64,000 nt of DNA from the human T2T-CHM13v2.0 reference genome, Homo sapiens, in assembly GCF_009914755.1 (NCBI RefSeq), contig NC_060926.1. One strand, 5' to 3'. Below are positions 14,753 through 29,853 of the stretch, in pieces (the first letter of the stretch is position 1; every line of letters begins with the position of its first letter). A program made the translations under genes and the position numbers. The notes under the pieces were generated by a model that saw nothing but the letters and a program-made list of their open reading frames with translations, had not been told where the DNA came from and searched no databases.

Positions 14753-14968
14753 CAGTTGTCAACTAGGGCAATTTGTCCCCTGGGATATTTGGCAATATCT
14801 AGAGATGTTATTGGTTGTTACTACAGGGGGTGTTACTGACATCTATTGGGTAAAAGCCAGAGATGCTGCTTAACAGCATGTAATGCACAAGACTGCCACC
14901 TGATCCCACACAGACACAAAGAATGATCTGGTCTACAATGTCAATAGTGCCAAGGCTGGAAAACCCTG
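14753..14968. mobile_element. MER20 (hAT-Charlie) DNA transposon
   Basis: cag...ccctg termini, internal gatgctgct / aatgtcaatagtgccaagg motifs, and ttctagag/gtctagat 8-bp TSD-like flanks. Confidence 0.85.
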
Positions 14969-16706
14969 GTCTAGATAATTTACTAAAGTTTAAAGTTTCT
15001 TCCAGATAATTCATTGATTGATTTGGTTTTCACACAGATCAAATAAGGTATTTAGAATAAGAGAAAATATTTTTTAAACATTTTATTTAAAAATACATAA
15101 TGGGTATTGTGAAATTAATGGAAGTTTCATCTTAGAATTGGTGAGACAATGGGATTTCCTCCCTACCTATCAGCTTCTTTGGAGGATCCTTAACAGCTCC
15201 AGCTGGCAGCTATGCCAATTAACTAGAAAAAAAAAGTATATGTAAAAGAAATGATTAACTAATGAAGCTATTTCAAGAAAAATCCATCTGTTAGAATCAG
15301 TCTACGTGTATATGTCACAGACTTCCTCATCCGACTCCAAAAACAAGCTTTGTGTACTTCTAAAACAAAGCTTGTACATGGAAGAGTGGTCAAGGCTCTT
15401 TATAGCTTTTAGGGAGCCAAGGATTGAATTATTTCACATGTGCTATTAACCATGCATCAACTCTGCAGAGAAAGGGCATGCCTCTGAGTTACATTAACCT
15501 CAATATTTTACTTTATGTAAATGGAAGGGAGGAAAAATGCAGGTAATACAAATGAATAATCAAAAAATCAAATGGACAAATCAAATTGCTGTTTATTTTT
15601 GACTCTCGAGGAAAGTAGAAAGACACCATTAGTTGCTCACAAAATCAAAAGGTCTCTCAGAATCTTTTCATAATGCAAAACATAGAACCAAAATTGTTAA
15701 TTGGGAATTAACTAGTAATTTCTGTTGCAGTACACTCATGGATACAATTCTCCCCTTTACTCTTCCCAGACAGGTTTTGTGGACCTGTTGATACCTTAGG
15801 GACAGAATAAGTGATATGAAGTAGTATAACATTTATGACCCTGAGTCTCATTATTCTTTTTAAGTTTCAGGAATTTTCTACATTTCAGGAATAAAAGCAA
15901 AACTGATATCTCTATTTTCCAAGCCTCTGTTGGTTTAGTGGAGAAGTCAATTTTAAGTATTTACTAATATTTAATCTCAACAAATATAGTCTTTGTTTTA
16001 ATTAAGGAAAACGATGTCAAATAAAATGTATACCTTAAACTCATTTTTAATAATCTGTAAAATGCACACCAAATGTATCAATTTCATGTTTTAAAGGTTT
16101 ATAATTGTTGATGGGGATTGGTCAATAGAGAAGAAATAAAATAAGACAAAAGAGGTAGATTATAATTAAATTTCATTTTGTTTCACAATTTTGAAAATAT
16201 GGCCTTCACATTCATTGTTATAGGAAGTGTTTTTTCCTGGTTGATGGGACATTGTTATGTTTATCTATGATTAAATTAGGACACCTGATAGTCTGTAGCT
16301 CTAGTACTTTTTTTAGTTGGTCATTATTAATATTTTTTAAAAATTTTGTGCAGAGAGGTGAATGACATGAGGCATGTAAGAAGTGATCAACTCATATGCT
16401 ATTGCTAAAAATGTTTGTGTAAATGGTAAGCAGGTCAGGTACAAATATTTTTGTGATGAACTTTGGAGACTTAAATGAAAATAATTTACTACCTATCATT
16501 TTCATCTTTCTTTTGCATTTTTTGATATATTCATTATGATTTTGATTTGATTTTTTAGAAGATGTAGGTCACAAATGGGCCATTTCATTTTAATAAATCA
16601 GGTGCCATGAATCATAGAAATTAATAACCAAACCAAATTTTAAAAGTAGAAAACTTTATTTATTCCCTCAAACAAGAAATATTTTTTAAAAGAAATGTTT
16701 AACCCT

Positions 16707-17078
16707 CATATCAGTCCATTTTCACTCTGCTACAAAGAACTACTCGAGATTGGATGATTTATAAAGAAAAGTTTAATTGACTCACAGTTCCACATGGCTG
16801 GGGAGGCCTCAGAAAACTTACAATCATGATGGAAGGCGGAGGGGAAGCAAAGACCTTTTTCACATGGTGGCAGGAAAGAGAGAGCTCGCAAGAGCAGGGA
16901 AGATTGTCTTATAAAACAATTAGATCTTGTGAGAACTCACTATCACAAGAACAGCATGGGGAAAACCACCCCCATGATTCAATCACCTCCCACCTGGCCC
17001 CTCCCTTAACACGTGTGGATTATGGGGATAACAATTTGAGATGAGATTTGGTGGGGGACACAGAGCCAAACCATATCA
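16707..17078 (-). mobile_element. THE1D/MSTA-like solo LTR
   Basis: Homologous to the LTRs at 230-589; ends gacacagagccaaaccatatca. Confidence 0.9.
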
Positions 17079-17780
17079 GCCTGTATTCAACATAGATGAG
17101 CAAATGTACATTTCTATGAAAAAGTACAAGATCTACTGAAGAACATAATTAAAATTTACAATCTGAGGGAAAGAGTGAGATAGAGATGTTATAAATGGAG
17201 AAATGTAAATTAAAAATGTAAAGAAAAAGTAGAAGATGAAGCAGCAAAGGAAGAGACTAAGGAATAAACTAAGGCACTAAGATACAAAAGACATGCACGC
17301 CCGGGGCAGAAGGGCATGTGAACAGATTTGGGCACCAAGAAGAGAGGCGCACAGAAAGGGATTAGTCTTTACTGGAGATGTTTAAGAATGCTAACAGGAC
17401 TTGATCCTGCCAGAACTTTTGGAATCTTCCTCATGGTATCCTCTGAGGTGTCTTCAGGTCTTTGGGTGTAGCTCAACTCCTAAATACCTTTGAAGAATTC
17501 CACAGTGCAAGAGCTTCCAAATCTAGCCCCTAACTCTCATCAGGTTGCTCCTTTCAGAAAGAGACAGGTAGAACAGGGCAGAAGGCATGGGGCATGGTGG
17601 AGCTCCAGAAGCAGGGATGAAAATGAAGGTGCAGACCCACTCAACTCCTGTCATTATTATTAAAAGAGAAATGATGTCTTGGCATTACAAAAAAAAAAAA
17701 GCTATATCATACTCAACCGTATTCTACATTATTGGAGATTCGTAAGTTTTTCCTATTAAACCTCATCTTTTAGCCTTTAA

Positions 17781-18086
<306 letters not shown>

Positions 18087-19234
18087 AGTATTTAATTCTT
18101 TTAGATGTCATAGTATATTTTTAAAATTATAGATATAAATGAGTCTTGTAGATCTGATGAAATAGAATTAGAAATCAGATATCATCTTTGCCTTTTCATT
18201 GACCTTCTTAGAAAAAAAAAAATCCACATAGAAACCACAGCTCCAAACACACAAAACAAACCCACAAAAACTGAAAAACACCTAACCCCTGCCTCACATG
18301 GACATACAGGCCCACATACCTCTCTCCTTTTTTGTGCTGTGTGAGGTCCAGTGATACCTAAAACATCAAGCGTTGACTATGAAGGAGCTGCTCCAACTAA
18401 CTCTTACTAATTTAATTTTTAAAGAATTTGTAAATAAAAAATTCTGAAGTTTATTTTTAAACTGTGTAAATTAACAGAATTATTTTGGAAAAAGTATTTT
18501 TAAATATATTTCTACTTTTATATGCTGTTCCATTTGTAAGAAAAAAAGAAGGGTCTACTAATGTACGCTGGCTGTCTTGGTAACTCAGGGTCATTGTTGT
18601 GATAGTCACTGTATGCCTGCCACAGGCTAATGCAAAATGTTGAGCAAGTTGACCCGAACAGGGGAGGCCTCACACAAAGGTGGTATCATTGTTTCTGGTC
18701 ATCCGTAATAGCAGTGACACAGTATTGATAGCTTATTATTCTGCTGAGATGTCTTCAGGGTCTATTTGAGATTGTAGACCTGAAGTGCCATCTACTATTA
18801 TATCATTTAAATTCACTTAAATTCTTATTTCTGTTTCCTGTGGTTTTCCTACCTTCTCCCTTTCTTTCAGATAGTTTTATTGATGCATCTAGCTTCTCCC
18901 ACCATCTCTGCCTCTCCTCTTCTCTTTTCACTCTTTTCCTAATTGTAATATCAAATCAAAAATCAGTTGTGGACCAAGAAACCAGATACCCAAACTTGTC
19001 TGAGAAGCAGCCTCTCAACTAATTAAAGTATGTGACCTGCAACATAGAGACTGTGTGACTTGTACTTCCAAAGGCCACTTTATCCACCAACTAGGTCTTG
19101 CCTAGAGTTCTGGATTTGTATCTGAGAGGTTAGGAACATCAACTTCCCAAAAAAATAAGAAATCCTGGAAAACATGGAATAAATGTTAGTTTTTTTTTTT
19201 TAGGAGAATCCACACATTTTGTTTGGCCTATTTA

Positions 19235-19570
<336 letters not shown>

Positions 19571-20269
19571 TAGGAAAATAAATTACATTTCGTTTTCATT
19601 AAAACTTTGCAGGTGAAATAGTTAAGGACTTTATATTCCCTCTGTTTAAGCAGGTGCTGACAAAGAGTAGGACAAAACAGGTATTGAAAAACCAAAGGGA
19701 AGGTTGGAGGAGGGAGTCTATAGTCTTGGATCTCTCCTTTGCAATAGAGAATGAGAGAATCCTCAGCCTGTGACTGCCCACATGCAGGCATGTTGACTTT
19801 GGGCAGGACTCCTGGATGTACGGTAACTTGGAGCAACCTGACCGGAGTTAGGGGCTGGATTCGGAACCTCTTGTACTCTGGAATACAAAGGTATTTAGGA
19901 GTTGAGCTATACCCAGATACCTGAAGCCACCTCAGAGGATACCATGAGGAAGATTCCAAAAGTTCTGGCAGGATCCAGACCTGTTAATTTTCTTAAACAT
20001 CTCAAATAAAGGTTAACCCCTTTTCGGGTCTCCTGTCCTGCTGTTTGTTGGTTGCTCCTCTGCCGAGAGTCCCACACAGTGACCTCCTGTGGCCTCAGAC
20101 TGGCTTCTGCCTTAGCAAGGGTCCTTCCAGCAGCTCAGGAGGGAAATCAAGCCAGGACCTGTATAATGATGATTCTCCCAGGATGTGACCTTGGGGATGC
20201 GCTCAGCCTCCAGAGAAGTTTCTCGTGTAGTTCAAAGCATGGTAGGCAAGAGGTAGAAAGCTTAGGTGA

Positions 20270-20440
20270 GTGGTCCAAATGCCTGCATCATATTCACCTG
20301 GATGTTGTTAAAAATACAGATTGCTGGGCTTTATTATAGACCTATTTAATGAGAAACTTTAGGGGTTAGGCCTGGGATGTTGACTGTTTAATGATAATCC
20401 CTGGTGATATTTATGCCTTCAGTCAAACAATAACTTGGGG
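20270..20440. mobile_element. MER5-like DNA transposon remnant
   Basis: tcacctgga...ttgttaaaaatacagattgctgggc...ccctggtgat motifs. Confidence 0.6.
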
Positions 20441-21399
20441 ACATATGGTTAAATGTGAGCATCACCATTGACTTGTATTCAAGAAACTATTGCTTTCATC
20501 TAACAAGGTTAAAAGATAATTTATGTAAGCAAAGGAAGAGAGACAGGAGAAAGTAAAACAGACAACTCAAAATGAGTGACTGTTGTTTTCCTTTCCTTGA
20601 CTAAGTTACTGATTAGTGGCAGCTTGCAACGAGGACAGATCAGGGTAACGTAGATTCAAAAGAGATAACAATTTCACTACCTGTGGATTCTCCCAGAGGC
20701 CTTGAGAGTTTAAGAATGGAATACATGGTGGGCGATCTGTGAATCGCATCTATCCTTGTCTTAGCATCTCCGTCTTAGCTGTGCCGAGTGTGTGCCACTT
20801 CCTTCATCAGAATTCCTCAATATCTGAGTTTGAGAACCACTGATAAAAGCTGCTTCAGACAGGAGCTGGTGCTGCTGGTCCAGAAGGCGAGGAAGAAACC
20901 TAAGACTGGCTGGCAGCAGTCCTCACCTCAGAAGTCCATCCAGATGAGTCCAGGCTTTTGGAGGGGGAGGACTAGCCAGAGCATGGCGGGCCCTCCAGAT
21001 GGAGCTGTGACTCAGAACAAAGGTGTGCTATCTCAGAGGACACTCTCTAGTCAGTGTGGGAGAGCAGAGAGAACAGTGTAACTCACAGGCAATAGGAGAG
21101 AATGGAAGTCTTTCTTATGGGGCACTGGGAGGATGGAATGAGAGCATTACTGGCAATCTGGGGCTCTAGCGTTGATGACTGGGCCAAGGAGCTGAGGAAT
21201 TGGGGCTCATAATGCTAATGAGGAATAAGGTAGTAAGATTCTTACAAAGTGCCTTGGGCTCAAACAGGTTTGTCTCAGGAACAATAGCAAGACCAACTAA
21301 GCCTAGAGTGGGAACATCAAAGAAACTAGTGGTAAGGATGTGGAAGAAGGCAGCAGTGCCCAGCCCCTTCCTCGAGAACACTTCCATAATAATAGTGGC

Positions 21400-21600
21400 A
21401 TATACTTAACCTTCATGCCATTTACTCTGTACCAGAACTTTCTAAAAATTTACAAGTATTCAGTCCTTGTAGCAGTACTCTGAGGCATGTGATATTGACC
21501 TTGCCGTTTTAAAGATGGAAGAAACTGAGGCACAACTCACGCAGTCACATGGGGAGTAAATCTGGGATTCGAACCCCGATTATTTGGCTCTAGAGTTTCT
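21400..21600. mobile_element. MIR remnant
   Basis: agatggaagaaactgaggcac...gtcaca...ctgggattcgaaccc MIR core. Confidence 0.7.
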
Positions 21601-21923
21601 TCGATTTAATGATAACTTATCTATACTTGATCAATCTCTCCAAAATTCACCAATTTTCATCAAAAGTCTAAGGGCTCATGACGTTATTCTCAGGGATATC
21701 TGCTTAATGAAAGAAAGCCTAATTTGTAGACAAATGGCATGAACTACTTAATGATTGGCATCAATTTAGGAAGGGGGTGGGAAATCTTTTGGGCACCCTT
21801 CAAAACTCACTTTGGAATATCCCAGTCACTGTAAGGAACTCTGTACCCCAGGTTTCTGAGCTGCCCCTGAAGGCATGTGGTCTGCTGCCCAGTGGGCCTC
21901 AGAATCGCCTAAATGACCTAAGC

Positions 21924-22061
21924 AAAAAGATGTGAGTGCTCACCTTAGTGCCTCTAAGCATAACTTAAGGATGTATGTTCAGGTTTCTTTGCTAAAAAGA
22001 TATGGGTACTCACCTCAATGCCTCTAAGCATAACTTAAGGGTGTATGTGCAGGTTTCTTTG
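21924..22061. repeat. 70-bp tandem duplication (2 copies)
   Basis: aaaaagat...tgcctctaagcataacttaagg...caggtttctttg repeated at period 70. Confidence 0.92.
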
Positions 22062-24111
22062 GCCTGTCAGATACGCAGTACTGAGCTACCATCCTGGGAT
22101 ACAGGGCTTTTGTTTTCAGTGCTTGCATCTTGGCCATAATAACTATGCAGTAGTTTGGCCCATGGCTACTCCAAGGGGAAAAATAGTTGATTAATCAAAA
22201 ACCCCAGCCAATGCACCAAAGCAATGAGCACCCTAGCAGCACTAATCTGAAAACTGACTGGGGTAAAACAGACAAAGCAGCGCAAGGGGCCCTATGCTTC
22301 TTAGCACCACCTCTTTACTCTTTACATTTGTGGTACTATGTACTTGACAGAATCAGACACTCATCCTTAAAGTTTTTTAAAAATACAATTCTTCAAGAAC
22401 AAGCTGGCCTATTGTTATGTTTTTAAAGTGAAGGGATTTTTTTTCAGGATGAGGTTAAATAGAGTATAAGTAAAATTCCTTGATTTTGAAAATTCGTGTG
22501 ACTCCTTGGTTAATTGGGACCATGACATTGTCTGTTTTTCTCATTTAGTTTATCCTAGAATTGCAATATAGAATCACTGAAGAAGACATAATTTCATAAA
22601 TAATTGCTCACCTTTCTGGGGGTAGACCGCAGCTGTCCTTGATTGATGCAGGCAGATGTGTTTATCCCCCGTGTTTATATTCTCTGTCTGCTGAATCTTT
22701 AAGTGCAATTTCTTGTCACCAATTTAATCAGCAATTCTCTCCATTAAGAAGAACCCTACCTGCTTTAGATGTATAAAATGCAGAAACATTTTCAATTCAG
22801 AAATTAAGTTATACCAGTCTATTTATTTAAACCAAGATTCCCTCAGTAGTATTTAATTTTATATACATGAAAAATACTAGAACTGATTTTTCCCTCCTGT
22901 TCTGTTACTTGAAATAAACATTTAATTTCTGTTTTTTTAGAGACTATCATGTACTCTTGACACTTTGAGAACAATAAGTAATTAAATATTCAGTATAAGT
23001 GAGTTCCTACTGGCTACATCATGTTACCCTCAGTGTGTCCCACATTCTAATTAAATATGATCTTGAAGTCTAGCACAAGGCTGGATGTCACAAGAGGTGG
23101 TTTCCATTAACAAGCTTTGAGACCTTAGATAAGTCAGTTTGCCTCTTAGTGTCTTAGTTTTCTCACTTTTCAAATGAAAATATTAGATGCTAAAACTGAG
23201 TCCCTTCTGGCTTGGCTTCTTGTGTGGGGCTTCTGCAGATTACTGGCTGATCTGTAAATCTCCAAAGGGAGGACCCCCTTCCTCCTTCTGAGACTTTCCT
23301 TCTGATGTTGTTCTCCCTTGCTGAAAGGACTTCGCCAGAAACTTAATGAAAAAAATGTCAGCCTAATCCTTGAATCCCAACTCAGTCTACCAATTTCTCC
23401 ATGGTGTTTTTCTTATGCTATTGTCTTTGACTACTTTTTTTCAAATTTTTGAATGATGTAAGACTTATTCCAATGCATTGTGAAGATTATTTCTATCTGA
23501 TTCTCTCTATTGAAACAAAGGACCAGGGAAAACAAGCTACAAACCTTTTCATCATTTTACTTTTTGTAATACTTGATCCAATACAATCTTTCCCCAAGTT
23601 GGTACATGATAAGTATTTATTGAACTTGTTGAATTAATAGGCACACTTAAGAAGGCTATTGAACTTTAGGGAAAAAAGCCATATAAGAAATGTTTGACCA
23701 TTAAGTGAAAAAACAAAAATCAGCTTCTATGTTTGACTTAGAATATTCCACATTAAAATCAATATAGTCATTCAGCAAAAAAGCAGCTATGCTGAATGCT
23801 GAATCATTGCTTCTACTCTTAAGTGGCATGTTTGAAAGAATGGCCATTCCATTCCAGGCAGATTTATTGGAGGGAAAGATATAAAGAATATGCCCATCAA
23901 GCATTTAAATTTGGACCATTTTGTAAGGTCAAATCATCATCGGTTTCGGTACAAATGAATGAGCTGTGAAAATTGATCTCTTTTCTATGTTTGTAGAAAG
24001 AAAGATACCTTTTTCAAAAAAAGAAAATAACATTTTAAAGAAGCAATTTCAATCTGCTTAACTTATGCATTATTGATCAAAAATTGTAAAGACAATAAAA
24101 ACACATTCAAT

Positions 24112-24418
24112 GGCCGGGTGCGGTGGCTGATGCCTGTAATCCCAGCACTTTGGAAGGCTGAGGAGGGCATATCACTTGAGGTCAGGAGTTTGAGACCAGC
24201 CTGGCCAACGTGGTGAAACCCTGTCTCTACTAAAAATACAAAAATTAGTTGGGTGTGGTGGTGGGTGCCTGCAATCCTAGGTACTCAGGAGGCTGAGGCA
24301 GGAGAATCACTTAAACCCGGGGGCAGAGGTCACAGTGAGCCGAGATCGTGCCACTGCACTCCAGCCTGGGTGACACAGTGAGACTCTGTCTAAAAAAAAA
24401 TAATAAAATAAAATAAAA
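24112..24418 (+). mobile_element. Alu (AluSx-like)
   Basis: Full Alu consensus; TSD-like aaaa(ca)cattcaa. Confidence 0.95.
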
Positions 24419-25899
24419 ACATTCAAATAGGTCATTTAACATCTTTGTTGGAAAGACATTGCATAAATCCACAAAGCTATCATTATGTGACTCGCGGTCT
24501 TGAATATGTGTGTTCCCTGGTGAAAAAATGGATTTTAGTTATAAAATATTTGAAAAGCTTTTCTCAGTTTTTGATAAAATAATTTTTTTTGGAATTCAGT
24601 AAATGGATGACAATCCCAAATTTAATTAAATGTCTGTAGTGGTGCATGGTATTTCTTGGTAGAAGCAAACTCATTATTGTTGTTGCTGGTGGGAGCTAGG
24701 TTAATTAAAAGTTCCACTCCTAGCAGAATAACCAATCAACTGAAAAATCTGGGCTATTGCTATTTCCAAATGGAAGAAGTAAAAATATTAAGGAATCTAA
24801 GAGGGAAGTAAGGAGTATTAGTTACATGGATTGTAAAGCAGCGTGTAAAGCTGTAGCTGGCTAGAAAAGAACCCAGAACAGCTGAACTGAAAGGAAAAAA
24901 TTCCAATCCAGAAGTCCGTAATATTCTTCTGATAATTGATAATGGAGGAAAAACTTTTCTATACATATTCTACTGGTCAACTTTCAGTTATATTCAATAA
25001 AATAGAATTTTCCTATGTTTTGCTTTTCTTTTCGTAGATGGAACTGATATAATAAAGATAAGAAAGAATAAGGATGAAAAAACAATAGCTAGAAGCAGTC
25101 ATAAAATAGAGATTGGGGTATTCATGTGTTGTCCAACGTTAGATCCAACCATAGTGCTATGGGTGGATAATTCTAATGCATCTTTTTGTTCCCATGTCAC
25201 AACTAAGAAATCTAGATCCCCAAAAACTAGAAGGATGAAAAAGGATTTAGTTGTTAGTAGCCTGCAACAGAATGATCAGAGCTGAAATAAAGTACTGCTC
25301 TATTTAAGTTACACATTCTGGACATCCAAATTGTGTCTATATCTACAAACAACTTTCATTCTTTTGACCATTAGTTATTAACCACTTACCAATAATTAAT
25401 GACAAGAGATATGTGTCAAACAAATGAAAGCTTTTTGTCAATGTTGAAATGGTCAAAGAGAAGTTTTAAACCTAAGAAATTAAAGCAGATTACCTCACAG
25501 TTGTTTTTCTTTGGCTAATTGATAATCTCACTTGTAGCCTGCAGAATTCATTTTGGCATCTGAACCAAGCTGTGTGTATGGCTCTTTAATATAAACCATA
25601 ATCAAATTGCCCACTGATGTTTCATAAAACAGAAGCTTGATTCTATGTCCAGCCATAGTTCTCCATTTAGCTTCCATGGCCAATCCACTTAAGTGAATGT
25701 GCTGTACTTGCTGCCTCCATTTCTTCTCCCTCATTCCAGCCTTAATTTCCCACAAACTGGCTTCCTCTTCTACTCACCCCAGAGTTACATGAGGCTTCCT
25801 AATTGGGCTCTGGTTCTAGCATTTTTCCTCTCCTGATTCTTTTAAACCTTCATGAAACATCTGATATTGTTGATTATTCTATGTAAATAATTCCATATA

Positions 25900-26040
25900 T
25901 TTTTTTGAGAGATGGGCTCTGGCTATGTTGCCCAGGCTAGAGTGCAGTGGTGATTCACAGGCATGTTCATAGTGCACTACAGCCTCCAACTTCTGGCCTC
26001 AAGCAATCCTCCTGCATCAGCCTCCCAAGTAGCTGGGGCC
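25900..26040 (-). mobile_element. FLAM/AluJ monomer fragment
   Basis: ctatgttgcccaggct...ctcaagcaatcctcctgc.tcagcctcccaagtagctggg. Confidence 0.75.
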
Positions 26041-27019
26041 ACACTCTTGCCTAACATGTTAAGATTTTTCTGTTTATTTCCATGCAATAGGATATCCTCA
26101 TTAGTAATCATTTTAAAACTGTGTCCCTTCTGCTTCCTTTTTAAGGGAACTCTGCTCCTTCATTTTTATGAAAAAGTTCTTCTGACATATGACTGACAGT
26201 GTTGTAAATGTGTGTTTAAATGTTTGCCTCCCCCGCTAAATTATTAGGACACATACTGAGTCTTTTTTATTGCAGCAAATAGCACATTTTCTGGCATAAA
26301 GTGTATGCTCAGCATGTGTTCAACTATTTGAGTGAACAAATATGCATCCGACCTCCCCAATTAAATGGTAAGTTTTTGAGGGCAGGGACGGTTTATATTT
26401 TTTGTAAATTTCCATGGTCCCTGTGACTGAATTTTGCATAATCAGTTTATATTTGTAGATTTATTGATTTTTCTAAAGCTAATTTTTTTTAAAAAATAGC
26501 ACCATCCAATAGAATTGCCATGATTAACCAATATTGATTTTAATCTGAGCTTTGTAGAGAATGCCAAGATCAACAGTAGTTAAGATATTTAGGAACCAAA
26601 TGTTTCAAGGAATATCAATGGAGAATCCAGGTTTAGATTATTCTTATACATAATACTGAAAAGAGAAGTCAGTCCCATTACTGATTGGGGAAAGCAAGTA
26701 ACAAGCAGCAAGATAAATGAATATCATGTTGTCGACAGCAAAATTATTAGCTAGATTGCATGGTATTGAATACAGTCCATTTGCAGGTTAATTTTCAGAA
26801 GATGAAAAATAAAGTAAGAATAAAAGTGTACCTTCATTTTCATATCTTTGTTTTAAAAAGTCGTCTGTTTAACCAGCTTAAAAAACAACCTCCTTATAGT
26901 GGAAGATAGAGTGGAAGGTTATGGTATTTGTATCTGTGAAAAACAAAACAAAACACAGGAGTCTAATGTCCTGGGGTTAAAAAAATAGATCTGCCGTCTA
27001 ACAGCTGTTCTTTGTAAGA

Positions 27020-27380
27020 AGAATTATTTCCATAGGTTTTGGGGAAACAGGTGGTGTTGGTTATGTGAATAAGTCCTTTAGTGGTGATATTTGAGATTTT
27101 GGTGTGCCTATCACCTAAGCAGTATACATTGTACCCAATTTGTAGTCTTTTTATCACTCACCCCCCTCCCACCCTTTCTCCTGAGTCCCCAAAGTCCATT
27201 GTATCATTCTTATGCCTTTGCATCCTCATAGCTTAGCTCCCACTTATAAGTGAGAACATACAATGTTTGTTTTTCCAATCCTGAGTTATTTCACTTATGA
27301 TAATGGTCTCTGATTCCATCTAAGTCACTGTGAATGCCATTATTTCATTCCTTTTTATGGCTAAATAGTATTCCAAGGAG

Positions 27381-27438
<58 letters not shown>

Positions 27439-27600
27439 CACAATTTCCTTATCCACTTGTTGATTGATAGACATTTGGGCCGGTTCCATATTTTTGTAAT
27501 TGTGAATTGTGCTGCTATAAACATGTGTGCACAAGTATCTTTTTTGTATAATGACTTCTTTTCCTCTGGGTAGGTACCCAGTAGTGGGAATGCTGGATCA
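27020..27600 (-). mobile_element. L1 3' end fragment (L1PB/L1MA-like) with (TA)~25 at ~27383-27433
   Basis: ttagctcccacttataagtgagaacat and cccagtagtggga.tgctggatcaaat L1 3' motifs in reverse. Confidence 0.85.
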
Positions 27601-29853
27601 AATAACAGCCGTTCTTTTAGGAAAAGCCAAACTTTGGGAGTCTTAATTTTTAAATATTTACCTCATAGGATTGTTGTGACAATTTAAAGGAAATCATGCA
27701 CAGGACAATACCTTGTAAATGTTCATTGCTATGCAACTATAAAGGGTGATTGTTTAACCTTTAGATACATGTAAAAAAATAAATATTTTAGTAAAAGATA
27801 AAGTAAGGTTCAAATGAAATAAATTTTCAGAGGTTCCATGTTGTTGTTTGCATAACTTGCTCTTCAGTTAAGTTTGGGTAAAGGATCTGACATCTTAAGT
27901 GAATCATTCTACGACCTGAGGTTAGGAGCATAAAGAATTGGAGAGAATGCAAGCCATTCTCTGTTCCCACAGGAGGCAGGATGTTTTAAGGCTGCTGAAT
28001 GCTATCTAAGCCTTGACGCTGGAGGGCCTTCACATACGATGCAGTCCAGTACCCTTGCGCCATAAAGAATAACTCTGAGAACAAAGAGGCCATCTTTATT
28101 GTACAAAGGGCTGACTGAGCAGCATGACACCATGATTGTGAAAGATGATTTACCAGCAGAAGAAAAAGCTTCAATATCACTGGGTTGTTGATATATTTTT
28201 CAAATGTAATTTTTAAAAATGTCCTGGTTACAAACAATTTATCTTTTAAAATAAAAATTTTGCTTCCAAAAAGCTATAGGTATTAACCAAATCATTAAGT
28301 GGAAACCAAGAATAGTTGAAGTACTTAATATCAAAAATAATTAGTATGTAGATGGAAGACTGTTAAAAAATATGATTTGTGAAGTGTTGTTTCTAAGTAC
28401 ATTCAAGTAGAAGCAGCTCATTTTCTTTTAAAGTGATAATTTGAGATGAAAAAAATTAAGATTAGCATTTGAAAAATGGAATGTCAGAAAAAAAACACTC
28501 AAATGTTATTTTAAAACATGTGTGTAACCACAAATGCACAGAAGGAATGCTAACCTCCTAAATACAGATAAGCTAGCATAGAGAAGGCAATGCATGATAA
28601 GTGACTATCCATAATGTTTTTTATATGTGAAAGGCTATAGACACAAATGGCTTCATTGTCAATTTTCTCATTTTTCAAAATTAATGGCTTTCCTAGTAAA
28701 AGACTTTATCCAGATGCTAATTAAGCAGAGGTTTGTTTTGCATATCAATTTTTAATATTCACTCCTCACACTTAAATGAAACCTGCAGCATGAGGCTTCT
28801 CCAGTTAAAAACAGCCCTGACCTACTTCCACGTGAAATCAATGGAGGGCTTCAAGAGACTCATGAGTAGCTGACATTTAAGGAAGCCAGGAAGCTCATAA
28901 TCTGTGTTGGTGTAAAATGTGTGTTTCCCTGGGCTTCAGCTTCCTTCCCCCACACCTCCTTCTCTCTCTCTCTCAGTCTCTTTCTCTTCCTCTCTCTCTC
29001 ATTCTTCTAAGAATAGAGAAGACTGTGGAAGCTATTGAGCAAGATAAGTGAAGGCATACCCGAGTTCCCGAGTTATATGCCCAGGGGAATTGTGAGATGC
29101 TGTGTCAGCTGCACATGTAATGGTTTCCAGTTAACAGGAACCACTAGGTCTGGGACTGAGGAAGCGAAAGAAAGACCTAAAAAGCACTCACTTGCATTCA
29201 AATATATTCCATGAAAAAAATTATATTCACCAGAATATGATCTTCAGATACCTATGTGCTGAGGCCTATGAAAGTAAGAACATATGTTGTATGGCAAATC
29301 TTTTGAAGACTGGTGTGTTAAGAACCCAAACAGAAGGTCATGAATTAGGAAGAAGAATTAAAACCAGCCTGACAGAAGGGCAGTAGTCATCAGGGCATGG
29401 TAGAGCACACTGGGCCTCCATCAGGCCAGGGTCCTACTAAGAGCAGCAAGTTCCCTCTAAAGTGCAGCCACAGACCTTCATGGCTTGTGCCAATGTGAAA
29501 CCCTGACCCTTGACCTTGGAGACTTTTTCCCTGTCAAATTCCAGCACACTAAGCTAAAGTGGGGCTAAGCCAGTAAAACTGATGGAAGAAGGTATCAGTA
29601 AAACTGATGGAAGAATTCAAAGTCCAGGATACTATTTTGCAATTAGTGTTGAAGTTGAGAAGATCTGTACTTTTAAAAAGCATCAGTGTTTAAGATCTGT
29701 GTTACTGCTTCATAGTCATTTACACCAACCCTGCAACTCAAATCAATAACTACATAAACATTTTTATTATAAAATATATATGACATTTACAATTTCAACT
29801 ATTTTTAAGTGTAGAGTTCAGTGGCAGTAAATGCAGTCATACTGTTGTGCAAA

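Noticed and set aside
18560-18790. Possible conserved non-coding elements in unique-looking stretches (also ~20570-20800 and ~22600-22760)
   Set aside because: Conservation cannot be judged from a single sequence, and there is no internal evidence.
21540-21600. tRNA-like B-box (gggattcgaaccc)
   Set aside because: It lies within a MIR remnant and no cloverleaf structure is visible.
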